The notes under the pieces: generated by a model
Seen by the model: only the letters and a program-made list of their open reading frames with translations
Database searches by the model: none
Told to the model about the DNA's origin: nothing
Virus record (IMG/VR): IMGVR_UViG_3300044971_002537
Location: 32,001 to 96,000 of that record
Source: a virus
Strand: one strand, 5' to 3'
DNA length: 64,000 bases
Part shown: one piece after another, positions 10,075-18,069 of the stretch
How the letters are laid out: each line of letters starts with the position of its first letter
Position numbering within the stretch: position 1 is the first letter of the stretch
Made by a program: the position numbers and the translations under genes

Positions 10075-10580
10075 GCGACCTCCAAATCTAGCATTCTGCG
10101 AGTTTCTTCGAAGGACTGACAACCAACATCAACATTGAAGACGCTTTTGCCGAAAGTTGGCAGGTAGGAGTTCTGCTCATCTGTAAGGATGTAAAGCCTT
10201 TCAGGCTTGACATGGTAGTGGCTGACATGCTTAACAGCTTTTTCTAGGAAGATCCCACCACCACCAAAATCATAACAGGCTCTTCTTAGGGCCAACCATA
10301 GATTAAACCCATCGTAGTTGAGCTGTTCGGTCATGTGAGACTGGTCGGAGTCAAGGCCTGAACTGGCGTATAGGGGGGCGTCAGCCCGAAGCTTGATCTC
10401 TGCGGCAAGGGCAGCGGCGATTTGGAGGCGGGAATAATTCCCATTAGGCAACTCCATGCTTCCACTAACGTCCACAATGATAATGGATTTTGGAAGAGGA
10501 GGAAGCTCACGAGCCAGACGAGTGACTTTGTCATCGTTGGCGGGGGAATAGGGTGAATCGAATAGGTCTAGGAAGGTCAT
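10071..10580 (-). CDS. vWA domain resembling the C-terminal domain of Ro60/TROVE proteins
   Basis: MIDAS IIIVDVSGSM, GGGGIFL, ILTDEQ; no TROVE HEAT ring. Confidence 0.6.
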   Translation of the reverse strand: MTFLDLFDSPYSPANDDKVTRLARELPPLPKSIIIVDVSGSMELPNGNYSRLQIAAALAAEIKLRADAPLYASSGLDSDQSHMTEQLNYDGFNLWLALRRACYDFGGGGIFLEKAVKHVSHYHVKPERLYILTDEQNSYLPTFGKSVFNVDVGCQSFEETRRMLDLEVA

Positions 10581-10623
10581 AAGGCTACGCCCTTAAGAGT
10601 AGGTACTTTTCTTTTACCGAAAG

Positions 10624-10697
10624 TACATCCGAGTAGATTTGCACTACTGACCTGCCGCTTAGAAGGCGGCTGCTCTATCTGACTGAGCTACGGATGC
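10624..10697 (-). tRNA. tRNA-Arg(UCU)
   Basis: Acceptor GCATCCG/CGGATGT; anticodon arm GCCGC-CTTCTAA-GCGGC; T-loop TGCAAAT; no encoded CCA. Confidence 0.85.
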
Positions 10698-10763
10698 GTA
10701 AAATTGGCGAAGCCAATAAAATGTCCCGGCCCAATAGTGCATGGACCGGGACCTCGTTTTCCG

Positions 10764-10792
10764 ATTATAGCTGACCTTGGTCAGCTTGTCAA
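10764..10792 (-). promoter_or_regulatory. consensus sigma70 promoter with palindromic spacer
   Basis: TTGACA-17 bp-TATAAT; AGCTGACC-AA-GGTCAGCT inverted repeat. Confidence 0.8.
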
Positions 10793-11102
10793 CTGGATTC
10801 TGGAGAATCACCAATTCTTCAGAATATACTGTTCAACGATCCAGAGAATCCTCATCCCAAACACAGATCCGGTCACAATAAGCCAGAATCCTAGCCAAAA
10901 TTTCTGATTACCGTCCAAGGTTTCGCTCCTTATAGGGGTTTATTCTTCATCATCCATCATAGACATTATTGCTGCGAATAGATAAGCTGGTAACATTAAC
11001 GGTAGAATCAAAATATTCAACCATCCTGAGCGATTGCCAACTAGCAAGAAGGTTTTAGCCAGCATAAAGATGGCTGCGAATCCAAAGATTACTGTTAGTG
11101 CT

Positions 11103-11567
11103 TCAATCATTGGTTAGTCCGGAAAAATCAATGGGGAGATCCACTGGCTCATGCCGATTTTTCGGCAGTTTATCCCAAGCTCGCCTATGAAGAGTTATAG
11201 TGTAGTGCGACAGCATACACCAGAAGACTTCACGATGTAGTACGTGAGTACGTTGTACATCCATAGTAGCTTCATAAAATGCATCGATATGAACAGGAGG
11301 GAAGACTGGGTAATCTATATTCTTAGGGTCAGGATCGGTAAAAAGGAAGTAGTGCTTCCCAGCATGGGGCGTTTTGAATACGCCACTATACCGAAGAACC
11401 CTTTGATAAGAGGCATCAGAACAGCATGGGATACAATGAACCACTCCACTACCGGGTAGATGACATGGGCACTTACATGGGTAGTATGGGCTTTTATACT
11501 CCACGAAGTAGAGGGCCTTGTATACAAGGCCAAATTGGGCGGCTAAAGCCTCTTGAATATCTTTCAT
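11103..11567 (-). CDS. hypothetical protein with Cys/His cluster
   Basis: CKCPCH...HCIPCC; TAATG coupling. Confidence 0.6.
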   Translation of the reverse strand: MKDIQEALAAQFGLVYKALYFVEYKSPYYPCKCPCHLPGSGVVHCIPCCSDASYQRVLRYSGVFKTPHAGKHYFLFTDPDPKNIDYPVFPPVHIDAFYEATMDVQRTHVLHREVFWCMLSHYTITLHRRAWDKLPKNRHEPVDLPIDFSGLTND

Positions 11568-12007
11568 TAGCCAGCACTACTTAAAAAGTGAAGAGAGATA
11601 TCTCCGGGGAGTTTATCCTTAAGCTCCGTCATTAACTTTACGAGATAGCTGATCTCGACTGAGCCTTCGAGTAGGTCAACCCTGCCCATATCACGTTCGT
11701 TACCGATGAATGTGCCGATACAGAAGTAGGCTTCGCCATCAGAGTCGTCTTCTTGGACATAAGAATCAAGATCAAGCTCAGCAGCGATGTTCTCAATCAT
11801 ACAACACCAGTCGTCGCTCTCTTCTCCCATGAAGACATACTTAAGTTCGGATTCCCGAACTAGAACTCTTTCAGTCCCAGTAATTTTGCCGGTTTTGGGA
11901 TTGTAGCGGTTTTGATCTTCATAGGTCGCTTCCGCTACCATTACTGTGATATCAGAGAGAGGAACCTCGATTCCTACCATGCACTTCTGCTGAAAATTAA
12001 CGCCCAT
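11567..12007 (-). CDS. hypothetical protein
   Basis: 146-aa ORF, GGAG RBS. Confidence 0.65.
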   Translation of the reverse strand: MGVNFQQKCMVGIEVPLSDITVMVAEATYEDQNRYNPKTGKITGTERVLVRESELKYVFMGEESDDWCCMIENIAAELDLDSYVQEDDSDGEAYFCIGTFIGNERDMGRVDLLEGSVEISYLVKLMTELKDKLPGDISLHFLSSAG

Positions 12008-12060
12008 TTCAACTCCAATTAACTAGGCTCACTACCAATTGTGCTAGAGCTATGCTCAAG

Positions 12061-12134
12061 TGGTCCCGGTCAGATTCCAACTGACAACTTTTTCCTCTTA
12101 AGGGAAACGCCTCTGGCAATTGGGCTACGAGACC
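12061..12134 (-). tRNA. tRNA-Leu(UAA) with short variable loop
   Basis: Acceptor GGTCTCG/CGGGACC-A; TTTCC-CTTAAGA-GGAAA; T-arm GTCAG-TTGGAAT-CTGAC. Confidence 0.75.
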
Positions 12135-12136
12135 AA

Positions 12137-12206
12137 GCACGAGAATAAGGAATCGGACCTTAAAAGTAGATTTTGGAGATCCACCTGCCGCCACGGCATC
12201 CTCGTG
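12137..12206 (-). tRNA. degenerate tRNA-Trp(CCA)
   Basis: Acceptor CACGAGG/TCTCGTG; loop CTCCAAA; T-arm TAAGG-TCCGATT-CCTTA; D-loop only 3 nt. Confidence 0.5.
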
Positions 12207-12317
12207 AATGTTGGTCTCGAAACCAACCGGACAGCCGTTAGCCTGCCTTTGTCTATTGCCGCCGACGAATTTGGCAGACTGCTACAAGAGGCCATGTTAG
12301 TGGCCTCATTGTACTAC

Positions 12318-12551
12318 TTACTTCTCGTTTGTCGAGTGGAAATGAATGAGTTTCCTCAAAAATTCCCAGAGGGGACGAGACGGTCTTCCCTCGTATCCGC
12401 TGCCACCGGCAGCATCCACACTGAACACCTGTACATCAAGCTGTAGATCTGAGACTACCTCTTCGACCCGACCATCCTTGAGACAGATGACTACGGTCCC
12501 ATCCACCTTGGTGGTTCCATCTAGGTTTCTGGCTGGAGTTGTTTGGATCAT
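12318..12551 (-). CDS. hypothetical protein
   Basis: Start MIQTTP preceded by GGCGAAGCC. Confidence 0.5.
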   Translation of the reverse strand: MIQTTPARNLDGTTKVDGTVVICLKDGRVEEVVSDLQLDVQVFSVDAAGGSGYEGRPSRPLWEFLRKLIHFHSTNEK

Positions 12552-12595
12552 GGCTTCGCCTATTTGTACGGTGGGTAAGTGAGCTTTGCTCACTT

Positions 12596-12949
12596 TTAGT
12601 CGACGACTACCTCAACTTCCAACATTCTACATCGCTCGACGGCAAAGTCAAGAGCGTCTTGGAACATTTTGCTCATATTGGACAGCAGGAGATCGTGCCC
12701 ACTATTGATAGCTTTGATCACGCCCTTGTGTTGGCGAGCGGCAGCGTCTTTTGGATCGCCGAGCTTCTCATATTGGAGCCAATTTGGCCACAAGTGGCTC
12801 TCCCAAACACAATAGAAGAGCATCATCTCTGCTGGGGTTCCACGGACTGAGACGACTTCGTTGTCGGAACTTTTGCTTACTTTGATCATGATTAATTCTC
12901 GATATCTAGTAATGTGATCTTGTGACGATCCAAAACCCCAATAGCACAA
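12596..12949 (-). CDS. hypothetical protein (true start probably near 12889)
   Basis: ORF directly downstream of the capsid paralogue. Confidence 0.55.
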   Translation of the reverse strand: MCYWGFGSSQDHITRYRELIMIKVSKSSDNEVVSVRGTPAEMMLFYCVWESHLWPNWLQYEKLGDPKDAAARQHKGVIKAINSGHDLLLSNMSKMFQDALDFAVERCRMLEVEVVVD

Positions 12950-13713
12950 AAATATGCTATAGAAACAACCTCAACACCTTCTCTTTTATCTGGAATCTGT
13001 GTGACCTTGTGAGTCTTAGCGTCAAACTTAAAGGCAGTATTAAAGCCCATAAGTGGCGGCAAGTGCGGTAACTGCGTAAGTACCATAGTATCTGGTCTGT
13101 CGCACCTAACCATTAGGCCAACATCTTCTTTGAACTTAAGCATGGCACAATTGGCCATGTGGTCTTGGAATGGTTGGCCCTTCCCGAGAAGGTGACTACA
13201 GATGACGTTTTCTGCGAGAAAAGGAGGAGAAGGAAACGCAAATCTTGCGTCAAGAGTTTCAGGACTGATGACGAACTTATGTCGTGGGGAATTGGTAGAA
13301 AGGATATGGGATTTTTCATACCCGAAAATCGCACGAGATTCGGCTCCTGCCGCAAATAAGGTATGCAGCATGTCGGACTCTATGCGTCTTTCTAGACCTC
13401 TAGCAAGTACTTCGTAAACTCTCTTAACGAGAGCTGGTCTGTCTTTATGCTCAGTTTTATATGTGACGTTCTGCTGGATCATATAGGGGATAATGCGAAT
13501 AGTGTGTTTACCATCCCCAAAAAAGTCGATAGGGAACTCAAGCTCTTCAGTTCTTGTAAAGAGCCGTGCAATATCAGGCAGCTTAAAATCACAAAAGGTG
13601 GCAAAGCGATCAGCGGCAAGGACGTTCGTGTTAGGAGTCGCAATAGCCGAGCCAGTGAACAAAGGCATAGCAGACAGGCCACAGAACTTAGCGAATGATC
13701 TTCTTGATAGCAT
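12892..13713 (-). CDS. Tat-signal-bearing divergent paralogue of the major capsid protein
   Basis: N-terminus SRRSFAK, hydrophobic stretch, then AIA; collinear blocks match the 54144-55151 MCP (EFPIDFF/EFPLDLL, VL..G....I..D..H.L.AAG, ISPETL/LSPEAL, LG..Q..Q, LD...I.L). Confidence 0.75.
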   Translation of the reverse strand: MLSRRSFAKFCGLSAMPLFTGSAIATPNTNVLAADRFATFCDFKLPDIARLFTRTEELEFPIDFFGDGKHTIRIIPYMIQQNVTYKTEHKDRPALVKRVYEVLARGLERRIESDMLHTLFAAGAESRAIFGYEKSHILSTNSPRHKFVISPETLDARFAFPSPPFLAENVICSHLLGKGQPFQDHMANCAMLKFKEDVGLMVRCDRPDTMVLTQLPHLPPLMGFNTAFKFDAKTHKVTQIPDKREGVEVVSIAYFCAIGVLDRHKITLLDIEN

Positions 13714-13728
13714 AATGTCTCCGATATT

Positions 13729-13757
13729 TAAAAAAACCTATGGTGCCGAAAGCACCA
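13729..13757 (-). terminator. intrinsic terminator
   Basis: TGGTGC-TTTCG-GCACCA-TAGG followed by a T-run. Confidence 0.6.
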
Positions 13758-13759
13758 AA

Positions 13760-13844
13760 TTCCAGATGCTGGTAATGCACCAGTTGCCACTTCCTACTAT
13801 ATTGATGGCATGCGGGTTACAGCCGCACAGCAGGATCATCTGGA
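13760..13844 (-). ncRNA. D-armless tRNA-Tyr(GUA)-like element
   Basis: TCCAGATG/CATCTGGA closing stem; TGCGG-CTGTAAC-CCGCA; long variable arm; T-like hairpin. Confidence 0.5.
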
Positions 13845-14014
13845 GATTACGGTCTGTGATAGCTCTCCTATTAGACGTAGGATTACTCAGACCGGCGATT
13901 CTTTTGAGTGAACGCCCGTGGTCCCAAGAATCTGCTAAAGAAAACACCCTACCGGAATAAGCTTATCAACCCTTGTCTAAGGGGTTGCATCACCTATTCT
14001 GTCTCGCCTGAAAA

Positions 14015-14242
14015 TTATAGAAGGCCAAGGGCCTTCCCACAAACCGCACAAGATCTTGCCCAATAGGGCCACATATCCGTATCGTGAACTAAGCTGTGGT
14101 CACACACCCTATGATGATGCCAATTCTTCTTAGCCTCAGTGATCTCTTCAGGAGTCACGTCCTCAAGGCGGGACCGCCCATTCTCTTTGACTTCTCTAAC
14201 AATAGGACCGAACTCACTCATTAGCTTCCTCCAAAATGGCAA
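14015..14242 (-). CDS. small Zn-ribbon-like hypothetical protein
   Basis: CDH...CAVCG; probable start MSEFGP. Confidence 0.5.
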   Translation of the reverse strand: MPFWRKLMSEFGPIVREVKENGRSRLEDVTPEEITEAKKNWHHHRVCDHSLVHDTDMWPYWARSCAVCGKALGLL

Positions 14243-14651
14243 GTGCTAACTCGTACTTGTCAATTCGCTGCTTCTGCTTTGGTGATAAATCGCTCAGGTT
14301 ATCATTGAGATCTGCGATCTTAACCACTGAAGCCGTAGGATTAGTGCGAAGCCTCATGATGTATTCTGCGTATGACTCGTCTTCGTCGTGGGTCAGACAC
14401 TGAACTACCTTCTTTACCTCGGGACCGAATTTATCTTGAATCTCTTCATAGAGCAATCCAGTATCCTCGACCGTATCATGCAGCCAGCCCACGATTTGGT
14501 AAATCTTTGGATATCCTTGGTCCCTAAGCCATTTTGCCACTCTGGCAGGATGAGCAATATAGGGAGTACCATCCCATCTAGTCTGGCCTTCGTGGGCCTT
14601 AGTGGCTACCTGTTCAGCTAATAAAAGTTGTTGACTCATAGATTCGTCCAT
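14214..14651 (-). CDS. small alarmone hydrolase-like HD protein (Mesh1/SpoT-HD type)
   Basis: AHEGQTR.DGTPYIAHP..VA, LHDTVEDT, VKIAD..DN. Confidence 0.85.
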   Translation of the reverse strand: MDESMSQQLLLAEQVATKAHEGQTRWDGTPYIAHPARVAKWLRDQGYPKIYQIVGWLHDTVEDTGLLYEEIQDKFGPEVKKVVQCLTHDEDESYAEYIMRLRTNPTASVVKIADLNDNLSDLSPKQKQRIDKYELALAILEEANE

Positions 14652-14730
14652 TTTAGTTGTTCTCCGAACTCCATATGGCTCCTGTAATGGCTCAACACCT
14701 TTTGACACTTCCATAGTTCTTATCTCTTAA

Positions 14731-14852
14731 AAGTCCTCAGAACTCTGACGCTGGCAGATTCGAACTGCCTCGGTGGTAGCTAACCGTGTTCCCACAACTT
14801 TTCATCGGAGTCGAACCGAATGCCTTCCTTTTCGTCAGAGTCCGGAGGACTC
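14731..14852 (-). ncRNA. structured RNA with two T-arms in a long closing stem
   Basis: AGTCCTCCGGACTCTGACG pairs with CGTCAGAGTTCTGAGGACT; internal TCGG-TTCGACT-CCGA and GGCAG-TTCGAAT-CTGCC. Confidence 0.55.
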
Positions 14853-15401
14853 ATCAATTCGATTAGCAGCAACTAATCTGCAAAATTCTATGACTTGCTC
14901 GTCTGAATATTTGTTTCTAGCCATGTTCGCCATATGACAGACAAACCTTATGTTTCCGCGAACATATCCTATCGAGTTATCTATTCTGTCTACTGAAGCA
15001 CAATAGGCAGTAATCCTAGATTTTAAACTATCCTTCATTGTTCTTAGGGACATTTTTATTCCAGCGAATGGGCAAATACCATCCTGACTATCCCAAACCT
15101 CTTTTAAGTAGCCGATATCAAAATCAATCGAACTATTCTTTTTCTTCCTATCCGGGTTCTTAATGCACTTCATATGAAGCCGAAATGGAGAAAGATCATC
15201 TCCCTCTCGCACACCTTTGATGTGGAGAGCTTGGCCATTTGTGTATGGAGCAAGTCTCTCTACATTTTCTGCTACTTTGCTACCGCACTTGTTATTGCAA
15301 TAGAATTTACATTTTCCCAGCCTAATCCTACGGTTATACTCACCAACTGGTTTTAGTACGATCCCGCCGCAATAATCACAATTTACTTCTATTTTTCTCA
15401 T
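14835..15401 (-). CDS. HNH/His-Me homing-endonuclease-like protein
   Basis: CDYCG..FYCNNKC zinc motif; QDGICP...SVDRIDNSIGY..GNIRFVC..AN. Confidence 0.7.
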   Translation of the reverse strand: MRKIEVNCDYCGGIVLKPVGEYNRRIRLGKCKFYCNNKCGSKVAENVERLAPYTNGQALHIKGVREGDDLSPFRLHMKCIKNPDRKKKNSSIDFDIGYLKEVWDSQDGICPFAGIKMSLRTMKDSLKSRITAYCASVDRIDNSIGYVRGNIRFVCHMANMARNKYSDEQVIEFCRLVAANRIDESSGL

Positions 15402-15455
15402 AATGGCCCTCCTTAATAGAATACGCTATTAAAGTGGATCATGAGAGAAAATTAA

Positions 15456-15729
15456 TGGACCGTGGCGGTTTCGCTCCGCCGTCATGGACTAATCTCATCA
15501 ATAACATCTACGGGTGTATGGGGCTAAAGCCCCCGGTTCGTGTGGTCAGCCAAGCTGACGTTGCGTATCGTTGCTCTCATGCTTTTGTAAGGAGGGGCAT
15601 GAGGCCCTCCAGCCTACGCGGCTACAGCAAAGGATTTTGCAGTTATTGTTCGGTCAATTTTTAAGGAGCCGTTGACCAACTCCTACCCGCAGTTATTGCC
15701 TTAATTGCCATTCAAATCAATTACGGCCC
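15456..15729 (-). ncRNA. ssrA: tmRNA; tag (A)AKSFAVAA*
   Basis: Acceptor GGGCCGT/ACGGTCC-A with G3:U70; pk1 GGAGTTG-GTCAA-CGGCTCC..TTGAC; resume context ATAACT-GCA; tag at 15640-15614 ends in AA-stop; T-arm GGCGG-AGCGAAA-CCGCC. Confidence 0.9.
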
Positions 15730-15742
15730 GTTTGGCTTCGCC

Positions 15743-15952
15743 TTAGTAGGGAGTCTCACTGAAAGTGAGGTTCCTTAGAATATGATCGGCCACTTCAATC
15801 CCGGAATAGGTCTCCCAATTCCCCGAGATTGCATTGTAATAGCCAATCTTCTTGTCGTCCCGGAAGTACTGGACTGAGACGATCATCTCATTCACTACGT
15901 ATTCGCCAATCTTATCAAAGAGGATGGTATCCTCAAAGTCTTCTCTGGTCAT
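15743..15952 (-). CDS. hypothetical protein
   Basis: 69-aa ORF after the RNA ligase. Confidence 0.55.
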   Translation of the reverse strand: MTREDFEDTILFDKIGEYVVNEMIVSVQYFRDDKKIGYYNAISGNWETYSGIEVADHILRNLTFSETPY

Positions 15953-15955
15953 GGC

Positions 15956-17236
15956 CTAGCCTTTCAAGGACTCTTCGTCTTCAATAGAAACAACGCCATC
16001 GTCAAGCTGCTTAGTCTCATGACCAAGGAATACAGGAGACTTAGCTTTATATAGAGAAGGAGTAAGCCCATTGTCAATACGGATTACTACGCCTTCGTCT
16101 ACCGTCTTAGGATCAGACAGAGGAAGGCACTGTGAGTATCCACGATCAACATATCGCATGTCCATAAAGTCTTCGTAGTTGAAGTCTTTCTTATGCCCAC
16201 GCCACATTTCTGGGCAAATCTTTACTCCATTTTCAGTACACCACTTCTTCATACCATCATATGGCAGGTCTACACAGATACCGTCTTCGTTAACCACGGC
16301 AATTCGGTAAACATAGATGTCAAAACATCCTGCCTTCTGATCATATGTATAACCCTTCTGAATTGGCGAGTTGTTAGACCAACCAATAAGTTCGCCATAG
16401 ATCACCCAGTTCTTCGGAATAAGGTGGCCAATTTTATCTAGGGCCTGATTCCAAAGGTCTGAGCAGTAGAAGCCTACTTGATCTGTGTCCCTGATTTTAA
16501 CAACAGTTCGAGATCCTGCAATGAGTTGATAGTCAGATTTTCGAAAAAGCTTTTCGAGAAACTTTACGATCTTCCAATTGCCAAATCCCTTGTTGTACAG
16601 ACGAACTAGCCACTTTGGAAACTTGATCATCTTCTGGTGAGTCAGACGAAAACTCGTCCCGTGTAATTTTTGGCTGACAATGATGTATGCATCGTCATTT
16701 ACGGAAGAACGATTTCGTCCCCAGTTTGACGTATCGATATGCTCTGGGAACAGCTTTGAATTGAATAGCTGTCGAGTCTTGATCTTTGTAGATTTAGGCC
16801 CAGAAGACTGCTGTGTAAGAATAATGTACTTCTTACAAACTTCCTCGTCCGCAAGGACATTAAACATATCCCCTTCCTTTAGGTGGGAGATATCGCCCAA
16901 ATACCCAAGAGAAGAAATCGGCATGATCAAAGCAGAAGATACATTGCCACGAAGCTTGACAGCCCGCACACGTCTCTTGTTATTGATATAGCCCTTCTGA
17001 GTCTTATCCTTGTTTAGGTCTGACTTATCAAAAAGATTGTTCTCAAAACAATACTTATCAGAAAGCTGAGACTCTGCGGTAAAGAAGACATACAGTTGAT
17101 CTAGGTCATAGTCCTTAGGAACCAAGGCATTAAACCCGAACAATGGTACTCCGACCAGATTGTCCAGACCGTCCAGCTTGACTGTGGACTTGATCCGGAT
17201 GATAGTCGCACAATAGTTTTCATTATTCAGAATCAT
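15956..17236 (-). CDS. ATP-dependent RNA ligase (Rnl2/DRB0094-like)
   Basis: Motif I KLHGTS, YGELIG, EGVVIR, YKAKS; N-terminal OB-like domain. Confidence 0.85.
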   Translation of the reverse strand: MILNNENYCATIIRIKSTVKLDGLDNLVGVPLFGFNALVPKDYDLDQLYVFFTAESQLSDKYCFENNLFDKSDLNKDKTQKGYINNKRRVRAVKLRGNVSSALIMPISSLGYLGDISHLKEGDMFNVLADEEVCKKYIILTQQSSGPKSTKIKTRQLFNSKLFPEHIDTSNWGRNRSSVNDDAYIIVSQKLHGTSFRLTHQKMIKFPKWLVRLYNKGFGNWKIVKFLEKLFRKSDYQLIAGSRTVVKIRDTDQVGFYCSDLWNQALDKIGHLIPKNWVIYGELIGWSNNSPIQKGYTYDQKAGCFDIYVYRIAVVNEDGICVDLPYDGMKKWCTENGVKICPEMWRGHKKDFNYEDFMDMRYVDRGYSQCLPLSDPKTVDEGVVIRIDNGLTPSLYKAKSPVFLGHETKQLDDGVVSIEDEESLKG

Positions 17237-17338
17237 CTTGGTCTCCCCTGAGGCCGAGCCTCCTGATTTCTCTTTTACTGAGTTGTCTTTTCTTCCAACT
17301 GGTCAGACCACCGTATAGTATCATGGATTCACGGTGTG

Positions 17339-17611
17339 TCAAGATCTAAGTTGTTCATGGCTACGCCTTTTTAGTCGGAGTTTTCTAACAAGAATAAACG
17401 GCGATACCAATATCCAGCATACAGCAAAAAATACAAGGGAGGTCAAGACAAGCGGCCAAAACACAATACTTAAACAGACTGATTCGTCATTACTGAATGG
17501 CTCAGACGTAAGGAGTTGATCACTTTCCTGACTAAAGAATACCCACCAAATAGTTCGGGCTGCAATAGCTATAAATATTGGTGTGATATAGACAGGAATG
17601 ATCCAGTTCAC
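17339..17611 (-). CDS. small membrane protein
   Basis: Two hydrophobic segments; GACGAAGTC-GTG start. Confidence 0.55.
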   Translation of the reverse strand: MNWIIPVYITPIFIAIAARTIWWVFFSQESDQLLTSEPFSNDESVCLSIVFWPLVLTSLVFFAVCWILVSPFILVRKLRLKRRSHEQLRS

Positions 17612-17636
17612 GACTTCGTCCTTATAAATAGATAAA

Positions 17637-17803
17637 TCTCCTCAAGAGAAAGAGTACAGCCACAACTCAAGCGATCAACATGAGTTGCCTAAAACATACG
17701 TCGTGTTTTTATCCCCCAGCCTAGACTTGTCTCTGGGTGTTTATTTCACGAGAACCACGGTCAAATAGTCGCCTTATACGTTACCTGTATTCTCTTGAGG
17801 AGA
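17637..17803 (-). ncRNA. multibranched structured RNA candidate
   Basis: Perfect 14-bp closing stem TCTCCTCAAGAGAA/TTCTCTTGAGGAGA enclosing 4 hairpins; no ORF. Confidence 0.45.
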
Positions 17804-17804
17804 A

Positions 17805-17962
17805 TGCCGCATCATAGGATTTGCACCTACCTTAGGCATCTTCTGCGTAAACAGAAGTTTATAGCCAGCAACTTTACGGGTTGCTTTGCTCCCTTCCCCC
17901 CATCCACCATTCGTAAAGCCCCTTGAGGCACTACGAGCGGTGGACAGGTTTGCGGATACGGC
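17805..17962 (-). ncRNA. tRNA-capped ~158-nt RNA
   Basis: 8-bp acceptor GCCGTATC/GATGCGGC-A stacked on T-arm GTAGG-TGCAAAT-CCTAT, with a large structured insert. Confidence 0.5.
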
Positions 17963-18069
17963 GATTAGCCAGATTCCGGCTTACTTCTCATACCTTTGGA
18001 GGTTGGTCGGCTGACTTCTGCTCACGCCCAGTATAAGATCTCGGGGTCTGGTGGACCCTAGAGTCCTAT

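Noticed and set aside
12010-12058. Additional tRNA (TAGCACAATTGGTAGTG D-arm-like sequence)
   Set aside because: No anticodon arm, T-arm or acceptor partner; at most a remnant
10624-12134. Suppressor tRNAs or stop-codon recoding
   Set aside because: The 7-nt loops CT-TCT-AA and CT-TAA-GA give Arg and Leu, not CUA/UUA suppressors; genes end normally at TAG, TGA and TAA
13493-13960. ORFs 13493-13960(+), 13738-13947(-), 15434-15664(+), 12009-12194(-)
   Set aside because: They overlap tRNA, tmRNA or tRNA-like structures that explain the sequence better
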